Source of the DNA: Malacoraja senta | Taxonomy: Eukaryota | NCBI GenBank assembly: GCA_038087875.1 | Contig: CM075988.1 | Coordinates: 25,670,001 to 25,734,000 of the forward strand | Length of the DNA stretch: 64,000 nt | Reading direction: 5' to 3' | Part shown: piece after piece, positions 49,869-62,784 of the stretch | Layout: every line of letters begins with the position of its first letter | Numbering within the stretch: position 1 is the stretch's first letter | The notes under the pieces: generated by a model | The model's input: the letters and a program-made list of their open reading frames with translations, nothing else | Databases searched by the model: none | Told to the model about the DNA's origin: nothing | Made by a program: the position numbers and the translations under genes

Positions 49869-51300
49869 AGGCTTACCATGCACTGTATGGTAATAGATTT
49901 TCCAGTTAACAAATGAAGTTGAAAGGGGCTGTGGCAACTGGGGCAGTACACAACTTGCTGGAGTAACTCAGCAGGTCAGGCAGCATCTCTGGAGATAAAG
50001 GATGGGTGACGTTTCGGGTTGGGAAACTGCGGCCTCTGTGAATGTACGGGAGTGGGACAAACATTACCTGTAGACCTTCTGAAGAAAGGTCTCAACCCTA
50101 TTCCTTCTCTCCAGCCATGCTGCCTTTCTCGCTGAGTTAACCCAGCATTTAGTGTCTACATAGAAACATAGAAACATAGAAAGTAGGTGCGAGAGTAGAC
50201 CACCAGGCCCATCGAGCCCGCACCGCCATTCGCTCATGGCTGAACACCAAACAGACACCCTTACCCACAAACAGTAGACACAAGACACAGAACACAAGAC
50301 ACTATCTTCGGGGTTTCTGACTTGTTGGATAGCAGATAATCAGAGTTTTACTGGAGCCACCAGCCCATAGCTAAACCCACTGGCCCGTTAGAGGGATACA
50401 ACAGTCAGAAATGAGGTACTACTAGGTTCCTACAGACTGCATTGGTAAGCCCAGCAGCAGAGTCCTGCCGTTATCAGGCTGCCTGTACCTCTATAACTGG
50501 GGGTGATGCATGCGCTAAAATTAATGGACTGGAGGTATCTGGAATAAGGCACTTTCTCATAAAAGATGGAGCTGTGTCGTTCAGCATGAAATGAAGAAAC
50601 ATTTCAGCTGGGACTTACCCTGAGAAAGTTCACGAGTTCATAAGTGATAGGACCAGAATCAGGTCATTCGGCCCATCAAGTCTACTCCGCCATTCAATCA
50701 TGGATGATCTATCTCTCCCTCCTAACCCCATTCTCCTGCCTTCTCCGCATAACCGGTAAAAATATCCACTGACTTGGCCTCCACAGCCCTCTGTGACAGT
50801 GGCGGGGTGGGGGTGGGGGTGGGGGGGCGGGGTGGGATGTCATTTATAAAGAATTTGAACATGAAGTTTGCTGGTGTTTTTTGATTGGGGTAACCAATAA
50901 ACTAACCAGGGTTCCAAATGGAAGGAAGGTGAATGGAGTTGAATCAGGAATTAGTGTTGCAATTGATCATGACAATATGTTCAGATAAGTCCAAACATGG
51001 GACTCTTCCAACTGTGGGAGAGTCTGTGAAGTAAATCCAACCCTCTGTTGAAGGAGTGAAGTGGTTTCCTTGTGGTTCGTAGTCTGAGTTGCATTGTGTG
51101 ACTCATGGTCTGACTAGTCTTAAGTGTGCCATTAACAGAAGTGATGTGCGCATGGACCTGTTGATGTTCTGATGTGGTTGATCACGCCTTACGTTTGAGT
51201 AAGATCCAATATCAAGTATCTAAGTGAACGTGAAGAGACTCGTGTGACTAATCGGCCCCATCCTTCCCATGTTTCCAATTGACACCAAAGAACATGGTTT

Positions 51301-52042
51301 CTAGTTTTAAGCGGTATAGTACTCCTTCATTCTATCAGTCCCATTCATCAGTCTATGAGAGTAAGCATGCAGGTACAGCAGGCAGTGAAGAAAGCCAATG
51401 GCATGTTGGCCTTTATAACAAGAGGAATCGAATATAGGAGCAAAGAGATCCTTCTGCAGTTGTACAGAGCCCTAGTGAGACCACACCTGGAGTATTGTGT
51501 GCAGTTTTGGTCCCTTAATTTGAGGAAGGACATTCTTGCTATTGAGGGAGTGCAGCGTAGATTTACAAGGTTAATTCCCGGGATGGCGGGACTGTCATAT
51601 GCTGAGAGAATGGAGCGGCTGGGCTTGTACACTCTGGAGTTTAGAAGGATGAGAGGGTATCTCATTGAAACATATAAGATTGTTAAGGGTTTGGACACGC
51701 TGGAGGCAGGAAACATGTTCCCGATGTTGGGGGAGTCCAGAACCAGGGGCCACAGTTTAGGAATAAGGAGTAAGCCATTTAGAACGGAGACAAGGAAACA
51801 ATTTTTCTCACAGAGAGTTGTGAGTCTGTGGAATTCTCTGCCTCAGAGGGCGGTGGAGGCAGGTTCTCTGGATGCTTTCAAGAGAGAGCTAGATGGGGCT
51901 CTTAAAAATAGCGGAGTCAGGGGATATGGGGAGAAGGCAGGAACGGGGTACTGATTGGGGATGATCAGCCATGATCACATTGAATGGCGGTGCTGGCTCG
52001 AAGGGCCGAATGGCCTACTCCTGCACCTATTGTCTATTGTCT
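51301..52042 (+). mobile_element. CR1 (tattgtc tail) derivative with 45-nt foreign 5' head
   Basis: Uninterrupted 199-aa ORF2 C-terminus (51355-51954), 3' UTR and tail. Confidence 0.95.
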
Positions 52043-53039
52043 GCCACACGAAGAACATCCATTTGTTGGAGAATAGGAGAAGGAACGAAAGAAAGAAAAA
52101 CATAATTTATATAAAATGAAACTGTCGGTCGAGTTTGGATGGGCACGGGTTGGGTTTCTGTTTGTAGCGCTTCATTGAATCCTTCGGAGATTGCCTGAAC
52201 CCATGGGTTAGGGTCTGAAGAAGGGTCTCGACTCGAAACATCACCCATTCCTTCTCTCCAGAGATGCTGCCTGTCCCGCTGAGTTACTCCAGCGTTTTGT
52301 GTCTATCCTCGGGTTAAACCAGCATCTGCAGTTCCCTTGTTACACACTCACCATGGATGTCTAACTTGCCTCCAAAGTTCCCTCACAACTGAGTCATCAC
52401 ATTACTCCTCGACGAACCATTATGTTCCATCAAAGATGGTCACCACAAAATTGTGCAACGGTACAAATCTGTCTCGCCAGATGAGGGGTTGCCTTGGAAA
52501 CAGCCTTTGCTTATATCCTAATTCCAGAAATACTTGGCAATTATTTTCCTCTTTATTAGAGATTCCTCAACACCCCCCCTCCCCCCCCCTCCCCAATCCC
52601 CCTCACAATTTCTCTCTCCCTCTCTGAGTCTCTGTCTTGTTGCTCCCCAGATGTCTCCGTGCACGCAGTGTACCTGACCCGAGCCTCTCTCTCTGTGTGC
52701 CGGTGTGTCCCCCTCGTCCACCCACGTCCACGTGTATCTATCTATCTATCTATCTGCGCCTTTGTCTCTGAATGTCTCTGTGTGTCTCCAAGTACATACA
52801 TCTCTCCTCCCTCTCTCTGGACATCTGTGTGCATGTGGGGCTCTGGTTTAGTGTCTGTAAGTCACTGTATAAGTTTGTGTCTGTGTGTGTGTGTGTGTGT
52901 GTGTCTACGTGTGTGTGTGTGGGGGTGGATGTGAGTCTACGTGTGTGTGTGTGTGTGTGGGTGGATGTGAGTTTACGTGTGTGTGTGTGTGGGTGTGAGT
53001 TCATCTTCCACTCTCTATCTCCCAGCCTCTGAGTGAGTT

Positions 53040-53534
53040 CTCGCTGTATTAGTGATGGCTGTAGGGCAGGGAGGGGGAGGGGGAGGGCTGGAGATAGCTG
53101 GAGTGCTTTAGGAGTGGGAGCAGATCGCCAGCGAGGTCAGTCAGTGGCAGTGAAACTGGATCCTTGTGAAGCTCGGAGCGGGAGAGGAATGTTCCTTCAT
53201 GGCTGAGCGCGGCGAGGGAGGGAGGGAGGGAGGGCCAGTCCCTCTAACACTGCCTCCCCCCTCCCCTCAATCCCTCCCCACCCCCCACCCCTCCAGCCGT
53301 TTAAGCAACACACGATCCCAGCCTGTCACTGGAGCAGTGCCGCTGCCTTCTGCAACTACTGGTCGTGGACTTAAACTGTTCAGCCTAGAGATTGAAGCGT
53401 GAGGGGAGAGAGTGAGAGAGAGTGAGAGGAACACTGGGGTCGGTGTGAGATCCACTGACCTCTGCTCCGGCCGCGGGCAGCGGAGGCTGCAACCCGCCCA
53501 AGCCGGGCAGCCCGTGTAGGAACGGGGAGACGAG
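53040..53534 (+). promoter_or_regulatory. Candidate internal promoter / non-coding alternative first exon
   Basis: GC/CpG-enriched stretch with GGGAGGGG motifs in a roughly 2-kb zone without recognisable TEs, ending at a GAG|GTGAGA donor. Confidence 0.4.
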
Positions 53535-53729
53535 GTGAGAGCCCCGTGTACGGGTAGATTTACAAGTCTCTGCTGCCTCCCTCGCTTTGTTCTCTTGTGC
53601 GTTGTCCTCCTCTTTGTGTGTTTCACTGTCGGTCTTTGTCCACCGCTCCCACACACATAATACACTGCCTGCTTATTACATGTGATTTATCTACCCTCTG
53701 TTTATATGTGTGTTTAAGACCATGTGTGT

Positions 53730-53955
53730 GAGACTATGTGTGTGTGTGTTTAAATCCCCTTGTGTGAGAGAGTGTGTGTTTAAGACCTTGTGTGTGAGAG
53801 TGTAAGACTTTGAGTGTGTGTGTGTGTGTGTTTACGACCGTGTGACTGAAAGAGTGTGTAAGGCTTTGTGTGTGTGTGTGTGTGTGTGCGTGTGTGTGTG
53901 TGTGTGTACATGTATACAAGATTCTCAGTTTTGCATGTTTAAAACTGATTATGTG

Positions 53956-53990
<35 letters not shown>

Positions 53991-54300
53991 ACATGTATAC
54001 AAGATTCTCTGTTTTGCATGTTTAAACCTGATTATGTGTGTTTGTGTGTGTGTGTGTGTGTGTGTTTGTGTTTGTGTGTGTGCATGTATACAAGATTCTC
54101 TGTGTTTTGCATGTTTAAAACTGATTATGTGTGTGTTTGCGTTTGTGCATGTGTGTGATTGCACAAGATTCTTGTGTAATGTGCGTGAGACTGATGTATG
54201 TGTGTTTGCGTGTAGATGTTTGAAATTGTGTGAGTCCATACATGCATGTGTCCGTGCGTGTGTGTGTGTTGCATTTATGGATGCATGTGTATCTATCTAT
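53730..54300. repeat. TG-rich region with three copies of an approximately 47-nt unit separated by (TG)n
   Basis: CATGTATACAAGATTCTC..GTTTTGCATGTTTAAA.CTGATTATG repeated at about 53909, 53992 and 54083. Confidence 0.9.
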
Positions 54301-54563
54301 GTTTTCTCGTTCTCCAGTTGACTACTTTATCAGTTGGATTTAGCTCTTAGGGCTAACGGAATCTAGGGATGTGGGGGAAAAGCCGGAACTGGGTACTGAT
54401 TTTGGATGGTCAGCCATGATCATATTGAATGGCGGTGCAGGCTCGAAGGGCCGAATGGCCGACTCCTGCACCTATTTTCTATGCTTCTATGTATCACTGT
54501 GCCTCTTTTACCCAAGTCCCATCTGACCCTTCCACCATGTATATCTCTCACTTTCTCTCTCCA

Positions 54564-55606
54564 TTCAAGTCAAGTCAAGAGAGGTTTATTGTCATGTGTC
54601 CCAGATAGGACAATGAAATTCTTGCTTGCTGCAGCACAACAGAATATTGTAGGCATAAATACAGATCAGATCAGTGTGTCTATATACCATAGACCATATA
54701 TATACAGATAAATAAACAGATAAAGTGCAATAGGCTGTTATAGTTCAGAGTTTGTTTGAAGTTGTGTTTAATAGTCTGATGACTGTGGGGAAGAAGCTGT
54801 TCCTGAACCTGGATGTTGCAGATTTCAGGCTCCTGTACCTTCTACCTGATGGTAGTGGAGAGATGAGTGTGTGGCCAGGATGGTGTGGGTCCTTGATGAT
54901 GCTGGCAGCCTTTTTGAGGCAGCGACTGCGATAGATCCCTTCGATGGTAGGGAGGTCAGAGCCGGTGATGGACTGGGCAGTAGTCACAACTTTCTGCATT
55001 CTTTTCCGCTCCTGGACGCTCAAGTTGCCGAACCAAGCCACGAGGCAACCAGTCAGCATACTCTCTACTGTGCACCTGTAGAAGTTCGAGAGAGTCCTCC
55101 TTGACATACCGACTCTCCGTAATCTTCTCAGGAAGTAGAGGTGCTGATGTACATTCTTTATAATTGCATCAGTGTTCTGGGACCAGGAAAGATCTTCAGA
55201 GATGTGCACGCCCAGGACTTTGAAGCTCTTGACCCTTTCCACCGTCGTCCCGTTGATATAAACGGGATTGTGGGTCCCTATCTTACCCCTTCCAAAGTCC
55301 ACAATCAGTTCCTTGGTTTTGCTGGTGTTGAGAGCCAGGTTGTTGTGCTGGCACCATTTGGTCAATCGGTCGATCTCACTTCTATCCTCTGACTCGTCAC
55401 CATCAGTGATTCGTCCCACAACAGTGGTGTCGTCGGCGAACTTGATGATGGAGTTTGCACTATGTCCGGCTATGCAGTCATGAGTATAGAGTGAGTACAG
55501 CAGGGGGCTGAGCACGCAGCCTTGAGGTGCTCCCGTGCTGATTGTTATCGAGGATGACACATTTCCACCAATACGGACAGACTGTGGTTTGTGGATGAGG
55601 AAGTCC
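54564..55606 (-). mobile_element. Rex1/Babar-type LINE, 5' truncated, open RT C-terminal half
   Basis: TGAPQGCVLSPLLYSLYT, IIKFADDTT, WC..NNL.LN..KTKE motifs; 3' UTR ending in (ttgac)n. Confidence 0.93.
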
Positions 55607-55940
55607 CTCCCTCTCTCTGCATCTCCACCACTCTGTCTCTCCCTCCCTTTATCTGTCTCCATCCCTCTTAGTCCTTTACGTGTCAAACTTTGATTTAGAC
55701 ATTGGAGTATAAATTCCCAGGGTGCGGAGAGGAGCAGCTTCCCATTCCGTTGGGGCAGACTAGTGATGCTGAGGGTTGCCGGAAGCTTTGATGTTGGAAG
55801 TGTGATCCTTGTAACCGACTGTAGCGAGTTTCCCCACTCCGATCAAACAACAAATGATCCCAACATCCAACCAATCCAAAACTGAGCCCAACAACAAAAG
55901 GAACATGTGCACATAAGCGGCCCTGACATCAATTTGATTA

Positions 55941-56217
55941 ACAGCACCTCATATTTCGCTTGGGCAGCTTACACCCCAGCAGTATGAACATGGACTTCTC
56001 TAACTTCAAGTTGACCTTGCTTTCCCTCTCTCTACATCCCCTCCCCCGCCTTCCCAGTTCTCCCACCAGTCTTACTGTCTCCAACTACATTCTATCTCTG
56101 TCCCGCCCACTCCCCCGACATCAGTCTGAAGAAGGGTCTCGACCCGAAACGTCACCCGTTCCTTCTCTCCAGAGATGCTGCCTGTCCCGCTGAGTTACTC
56201 CAGCATTTAGTGTCTAC
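55941..56217 (+). mobile_element. Penelope-like 3' end: GIY-YIG C-terminus plus terminal repeat with hammerhead-like core (56126-56153)
   Basis: QHLIFRLGSLHPSSMNMDFSNFK, then the repeat; 14-bp TSD catcaatttgatta. Confidence 0.85.
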
Positions 56218-57602
56218 CATCAATTTGATTAGTACGGGTGTCAGGGGTTATGGGGAGAAGGCAGGAGAATGGGTTTAGGAGGGAGAGATAGATCAGCCAT
56301 GATTGAATGATGGATTAGACTTGATGGGCCGAATGGCCTAATTGTATTCCTATCACTGATGATCTTATGCTTTTCAAACAGACAAGATTATTTATTTCAC
56401 TCATTTTTAAAAGTGTAGCTATAATGAAAATGAAATGGTCCTGTGAATATGTCAGGATATCAAACTGTGCTTCATACCTTGTGACTTAGTGCGTCTGCAC
56501 CTATATTGGGGGCCTCCTCGCTGTATGATCTTGTTGTTGGGAGCATCCTGTTTGGGCCACACTGTAGGAGACCTCACTGTTTGACACTATGGTTGGGATT
56601 ATCATAGTAAGACACAATTGTTAGCATCACAAACTGTGTGGCCACCGTGGCAGGATGGCTCCATTGTGGGGATGATCGGTGTGTGATGACGTTGTCGGGA
56701 TCCCCTCAAGATGGCACCATTGTTGGGATTCCCATGGTGTGGCCCATGTTAGGACACAAGGTGGCTTAATTCACTGAACTGGTTCACTTGTACTGATAGC
56801 CATGAGTAACTGGACCAAGGAACCCTGGGTCTCTTCCTCAGTTCGAGTCTACAGGACACGTACTCCAACATTGAAGGGCCTTGCTATCTGTTCTGTGATC
56901 ATAGGCACACACATAATGCAAAGGCAGCACCAAGAGCTGGCAATTCTAAGTACCTGTAGATACAAAGAACTGCAGATGCTGGTTTATGCACTTAAGGACA
57001 CAAAGTGCTGGAGTAACTCAGGGGTCAAGTAGCATCTCTGGAGAACATCTATATGTAACTCAGCGGGTCAGGCAGTGTATCTAAAGACCATCCAGATTTT
57101 CTCCAGAGATGAGTTACTCCAGCTCTTTGTGTCCAATTCAATATGCCTGTTGTAAATATATTTTACATCTGGCTATTTTGTGTGGGGCATGTTGATTGTT
57201 TGAGCAGTAAATGGTTCAAAAATGATTATATTTTCTATAGCTTCCAAATGGGGGGTTTAGGTTCAGCCACACAGGTGTCCTTCTGCCCACTGTGACTCCA
57301 GGCAGGGTTCCCATTGTAAGGCAACTCTCACTTTAACATTAGTCTCGGAAGTTCCTCCTCCCTGTCAGATCAGAATGAAAGATCGCAACACACAATTGCG
57401 TGGATGGGGAGGGGCGTTGCCTCTGTGTGTCCGAGGTCAATGTTCACCCTTCATCAGGAAGGCAGATCTCTTGGCCAGGTGGTTGTCTCCCTGCTGTATG
57501 TGGAAGTTTACAACACACATGTTGTGCCTGGGGCACGTCCTATATTACAGACACAACACTGTCTCTTCCGAGTACTACTCAACGTAGGTGGACTGGCTCC
57601 AG

Positions 57603-57890
57603 TGTGGCACGATGACGCAGCAGTGGAGTTGTTGCCTCACTGCGCCAGAGACCCGGGTTCAATCCCGACTACGGGTGCTGTCTGTGCGGAGTTTGCATGT
57701 TCTCCCCGCGACTGCGTGGGATTTCTCCGGGTGCTCTGGTTTCCTACCGCATTCCAAAGACGTACAGGTTTCTACGTTAATTGGCTCGTGTGTGTAGGAT
57801 AGTGCTGGTGTGTGGGGATCGCTGGCCTGCGGGGACTCGGTGGGCCGAAGGGCCTGTTTCTGCTCGGTAATACTAAACTTAACTAAAGTT
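57603..57890 (+). mobile_element. HE1-like V-SINE
   Basis: Same family, diverged. Confidence 0.85.
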
Positions 57891-58597
57891 AACCAGACAC
57901 TGCAGATATCTGTTCAAACTGACCAGGAGGCTGCCACACACCACACATGCACCTACAAGCTCCGACCTGACCCTACCTGCCTTGGCTCACACTGCAGATC
58001 TGCAAGTACAGCTCCCCCCAGCTTCTAATGAGCTGGAGATAGACACAAAATGTTGGAGTAACTCAGCGGGACAGGCAGCATCTCTGGAGAGAAGGGATGG
58101 GTGACGTTCAGCAGTCTGAAGAAGGGCCTCGACCCGAAATGTCACCCATTCCTTCTCTCCAGAGATGCTGCCTCCAGCTTTTTCTGTCTATCTTGGGTTT
58201 AAACCAGCATCTGCACACTTCTCATGAGCTGGTCTCTCTGAATGCAGATGCACAGGTTCCCTCCCCTCCTCCCCCAACCCACGGGAGCTGCCTGGCCCAT
58301 GGCATTAGCGTCTGTGATTAGCTGAGGCCCAGGCAGTGACTTAAAGGGCAAATATTTTAATTGCCCATGTACTACGTAGCTGTCAAAGGCTTTTCAGTTC
58401 CTATTCTATAAAAACATCTGAGCGGGAGGTCGACTGGTGAATCAGTTGGGTTTCCCTGCAATTTACATCTGATTAAGCCTTCTGTTCCCCACAGGACTGG
58501 AGGGACATGAATCCCCCCACAGTGGTCAAACTGGTCCCCACTGCCTTAGGCTGTGTTTGGCCCACAGCCGGGAATGCCTGGGCTTAGAAAAGTTAAC

Positions 58598-58873
58598 TTT
58601 AGTTTAGTTTAGAGATACAGCACGGAAACAGGCCCTTCGGCGCACCGACCAGCGATCCCCGCACACTTACACTTTCCTCCACACAATAGGGACAATTTAC
58701 GCTTACACCAAGACAATTAACCAACATACCTGTAGATCTTTGGAGTGTGGGCGGAAACCACAGATCTCGGAGAAAACCCACGCAGGTCACGGGGAGAACG
58801 TACAAACTCTGTACAGACAGCGCCCGCAGTCGGGATCGAACCTGTGTCTCCGGCACTGCAAGCGCTGTAAGGC
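58598..58873 (-). mobile_element. HE1-like V-SINE (5' truncated)
   Basis: Same family. Confidence 0.87.
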
Positions 58874-59146
58874 AAATGTGTGCGTGTGTGTATACAGAAG
58901 TGTCTGAGAGTGGGCTCAACTGGGGAGATCTCGGAAGAACTGCCAACACCTGAGTGAGGTGGAGGACATGAGGAGCAAAGGGCTTCAGAAGAAGAAGATG
59001 TATGTATACGCGGCACATGTTTACACACTCGTTTGTGTATGTGTGTGCACATATGTACACGTGTACCTGTGTGTATACACATTAACTGGATCTGTACACA
59101 TCCCTTGTGCTGAAAGGCAAGGCTATGAGGGTCTACGCTTACAAGG

Positions 59147-59674
59147 CTATAGCCATAGAGGGAGTGCAGAGAAGGTTCACCAGACTGATTCCTGGGATGT
59201 CAGGACTTTCATATGAAGAAAGACTGGATAGACTTGGCTTATACTCGCTAGAATTTAGGAGATTGAGAGGGGATCTTATAGAAACGTACAAAATTCTTAT
59301 GAGGTTGGACAGGCTAGATGCAGGAAGATTGTTCCCGATGTTGGGGAAGTCCAGGACAAGGGGTCACAGCTTAAGGATAAGGGGGAAATCCTTTAAGACC
59401 GAGATGAGGAAAAACTTTTTCACACAGAGAGTGGTGAATCTCTGGAACTCTCTGCCACAGAGGGTAGTTGAGGCCAGTTCATTGGCTATATTTAAGAGGG
59501 AGTTAGATGTGGCCCTTGTGGCTAAAGGGATCAGGGGGTATGGAGAGAAGGCGGGTACGGGATACTGAGTTGGATGATCAGCCATGATCATATTGAATGG
59601 CGGTGCAGGCTCGAAGGGCCGAATGGCCTACTCCTGCACCTATTTTCTATGTATCTATGTATCTATGTATCTAT
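59147..59674 (+). mobile_element. CR1/HER1-type LINE 3' fragment
   Basis: AIEGVQRRFTRL...GYGEKAGTGY, (tatctatg)n tail. Confidence 0.94.
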
Positions 59675-60024
59675 CACATGTATCTATGGTCCATGTGATG
59701 CCCGAACAAGAGGCAATGTGATGCCCCAATACATTATCATCGCTCACTGCGTGAGGTCAGTCACGATCGGTTCACTTGGGAGAGCAACTCCTCCGGGCTG
59801 CCTGTTTCCATCGGATCAACAATAATAATCAAAGCTTGTGGGAGATAAAAGGAGATGAAAGAGAGGGGAAACTTCAAAAGGTGCGGTTCATGATATGATC
59901 AAATGGATCAATTAGTCTATGAGAGCATGCTTCCTCTGGGAGCCCTGACTTAACAGAAAAACAAACAAATTATTAAGCATCTCACGGCAAGTGTAATCGT
60001 CTCGCAACCCAAACAGGCAAATGT

Positions 60025-60422
60025 GAAGAAAGGAACTGCAGGTGCTGCTTTGTACCAGAGATAGACGCAAAGTACTGGAGTAACTCCGCTGGTTCAGGCA
60101 GCATCTCTGGAGAAAGAAGATGGGTGACGTTTTGGGTCAGGACCTTTCTTCAGTCTGAAAGTAGAGGGAAGGGAACCGGAGGTCAGAACAAAGCAGGGCC
60201 GGCAACAGATGACCAAGGAAGGGTGGAGCCCACAATGGCCCATTGTTTGCTGGAGAAGAGGTGATAGCGGAGGGTCACAGGGGTGCGAACAGTGGAGCTA
60301 GTAGGACCACTAGGGTGGGGGAGGGGAGGGGAGGGGGGGGGGAGGTAAAGCAGGGGTTACTTGAAATTAGAGAGACCAATGTTCATACCTCTGTGTTGTA
60401 AGCTGCCCAAGCGAAATATGAA
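60025..60422 (-). mobile_element. Penelope-like 3' end with GIY-YIG remnant
   Basis: Reverse strand reads IFRLGSLQHRGMNIGLSNFK, followed by the terminal repeat. Confidence 0.75.
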
Positions 60423-60502
60423 CTGTGATGCAGCCTTGAGCAAAGGCCACACAAGTCACTTCCATTCTCTGAATCATTTCACAGTGGACATTCAGAATGG
60501 GA

Positions 60503-60640
60503 TCATTCAGTCTGAAGAAGGGTTTCGGCCCGAAACGTTGCCTATTTCCTTCGCTCCATAGATGCTGCCTCGCCCGCTGAGTTTCTCCAGCACTTTTGTC
60601 TACCTTCGATTTTCCAGCATCTGCAGTTCCTTCTTAAACA
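60503..60640 (+). mobile_element. Penelope-like terminal repeat, second subfamily, single arm
   Basis: CTGAAGAAGGGTTTCGGCCCGAAACGTT core; TSD ttcagaatggga. Confidence 0.85.
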
Positions 60641-61487
60641 TTCAGAATGGGAATTTGGCCATCCTATAAAACGCTGAGCCCACTTTTGTAATTCCTTCTG
60701 ACTGCAGGCACCCAGTGAGGTCAGGGAGTTGATGATGGGCCTTCCCAAGATGGGCCTTTAGTTAACTTGATGTCAATGAGCAGCTAACAGAGGCCAACAG
60801 CGAGTTAACAGAGAATGAATATTTGCATTTCAATAGCACCGTTAATTAGACCCGGGTAACTCGAGGATACTCACGGCCACTGACGTGCTTTGGGGGAGGG
60901 GGCACTGTTGTAAAATCGGACGTTGGGAATTCACACAGCGCGTGTGTGTGTGGTGATCTCACAAACGAACATGTTGGTTTGGAATTGTGTAAAGATCAGC
61001 TGGGATCAATACAGCAAATTTGCATATTTTGGGAAACCAGTTGGACTTATCCAAGGTTACAGGTCACATTTAATGATCTTTACATTTGAACTTCCCTAAG
61101 TTAGTAGTCAACCCTGAACTCTGTTCCCCTCTTGTCTTTGAAATCAAGGCAGCCTGTAGCTGCTTCTCTGATCACACCTCCAATGCTGACTCAGCTGGTC
61201 AGTTATTTAACACCGAAGATAGACACAAAATGCTGGAGTAAATCTGCGGGTCAGGCAGCATCTCTGGGGAGAAGGAATAGGTGACGTTTCCGGTCGAGAC
61301 CCTACTTCAGATTGAGAGTCAGGGAGAGGGAACCAAGAGATATGAAAAGGTACATAGAACAAATTAATCAACGAGATGCAAAAGGACAGATTGAAGCCAG
61401 CAACGATGATCAAGGAAAGGTGGAGGGAAGGTGAGGAGGTGTTATTTAAAACCTGCCCTCCCCTTATCGTTGCTTGCTGTGTACATG

Positions 61488-61780
61488 TTTTAGAGATACA
61501 GCGTGCAAACAGGCCCTTCGGCCCAACGGGTCCGCGCCGACCAGCGATCCCCGCACATTAACACTACACACACTAGGGACAATTGTTGCATTTACCAAGC
61601 CAATTAACCTACAAACCTGTACGACTTTGGAGTGTGGGTGAAGATCTCGGAGAAAACCCACGCAGGTCACGGGGAGAACGTACAAACTCCGTACAGACAG
61701 CACCCGTAGTCGGGATCGAACCCGGGTCTCTGGCGCTGCAAGCGCTGTAAGGCAGCAACTCTACCGCTGCGTCACCGTGA
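61488..61780 (-). mobile_element. HE1-like V-SINE
   Basis: Same family. Confidence 0.9.
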
Positions 61781-62784
61781 CTCACCTCCGCTGCGTGTCT
61801 CCTTACCCACCCACCACCAACATTATCACTGATGCATGTGCTTCTGATCCTCTACACATTAGTTTTTGAATTCTGATTCCCATTTTCAAGATGCCTCCAT
61901 AGTCCATGTCTCCACTCTCCAGACACCCCCGACATCTCCACTCCTCCACTTCAGGCTTCTTTGGGCACCCTTGTCTTTTCACTACATCTGGTTACTCTAA
62001 TCTTCTCTCAGGTTCTGAAAGACTTTGCAGAAATAATGTCTCAAAAATATTTTGACCAAGCGTTGTATCATTTACTCTCGTGTTTCCTGATGTGAAGTTC
62101 CTTGAAGTATTTTATAACTTTAGAGGTGGTCTGGAACTTGAAAGTTTTAGATTGTGATCAGAGACTCCCACCAGTCTGCAGCAAGGACAGTTGTATCAGA
62201 GGGTTGTATTTTATATTTCCTCTCTGCATTCCAACTTGTCATCTCTGTTGCTACACATTAACAGAAAACTCCTGGCGTGCATTCCTGTTGTCTGTAGATA
62301 AATGATGCAATCTTTATGGAAGTTAGGATCGGGAGCCCTGTGGGGTTTGTTAGAATTGGCCAGGAAGGAAACCACCCACAAGATGAAACGTGCTGAGTTA
62401 CTGAAGAAAAGTTGCGTCTGTACGTGAGAGTGTTAAAGAGAGATGCCTAAAGTTTCCTTACATCGTCTAGATAGAAGGCCTTCTGTACATTGTGTTTACC
62501 TCTTCACCTGGGAAATCCGTGCTGGGCTCTTCCTGTTTCTGGAAGTTGGAATCTCCAGTGTGTTATACGGATTGTTGGGTTTCCTGGGACTTGGTTGCGA
62601 GATTAAGTGCCACCACTTAGAACATAGAACAGTAGAGTGCAGGAAAAGGCTCTTGGGCCTACAGTGGGTGTGTGAACCTGTGGAACTCTCTATCCCACAC
62701 GCTTGGTGGCTGAGTGAATTTAAAGGTAAAAGGATAGGTTTTTAGAATCTTGGAATGAGTGGAATAGAGGAATTCGAATAGGAA

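Noticed and set aside
51355..51954. CR1 ORFs as host genes
   Set aside because: Multi-copy 5'-truncated ORF2 ends with LINE tails, lacking endonuclease and RT core.
53900..54130. CRISPR-like repeat-spacer appearance
   Set aside because: Spacers are (TG)n, there are only three units, the context is vertebrate and no cas genes are present.
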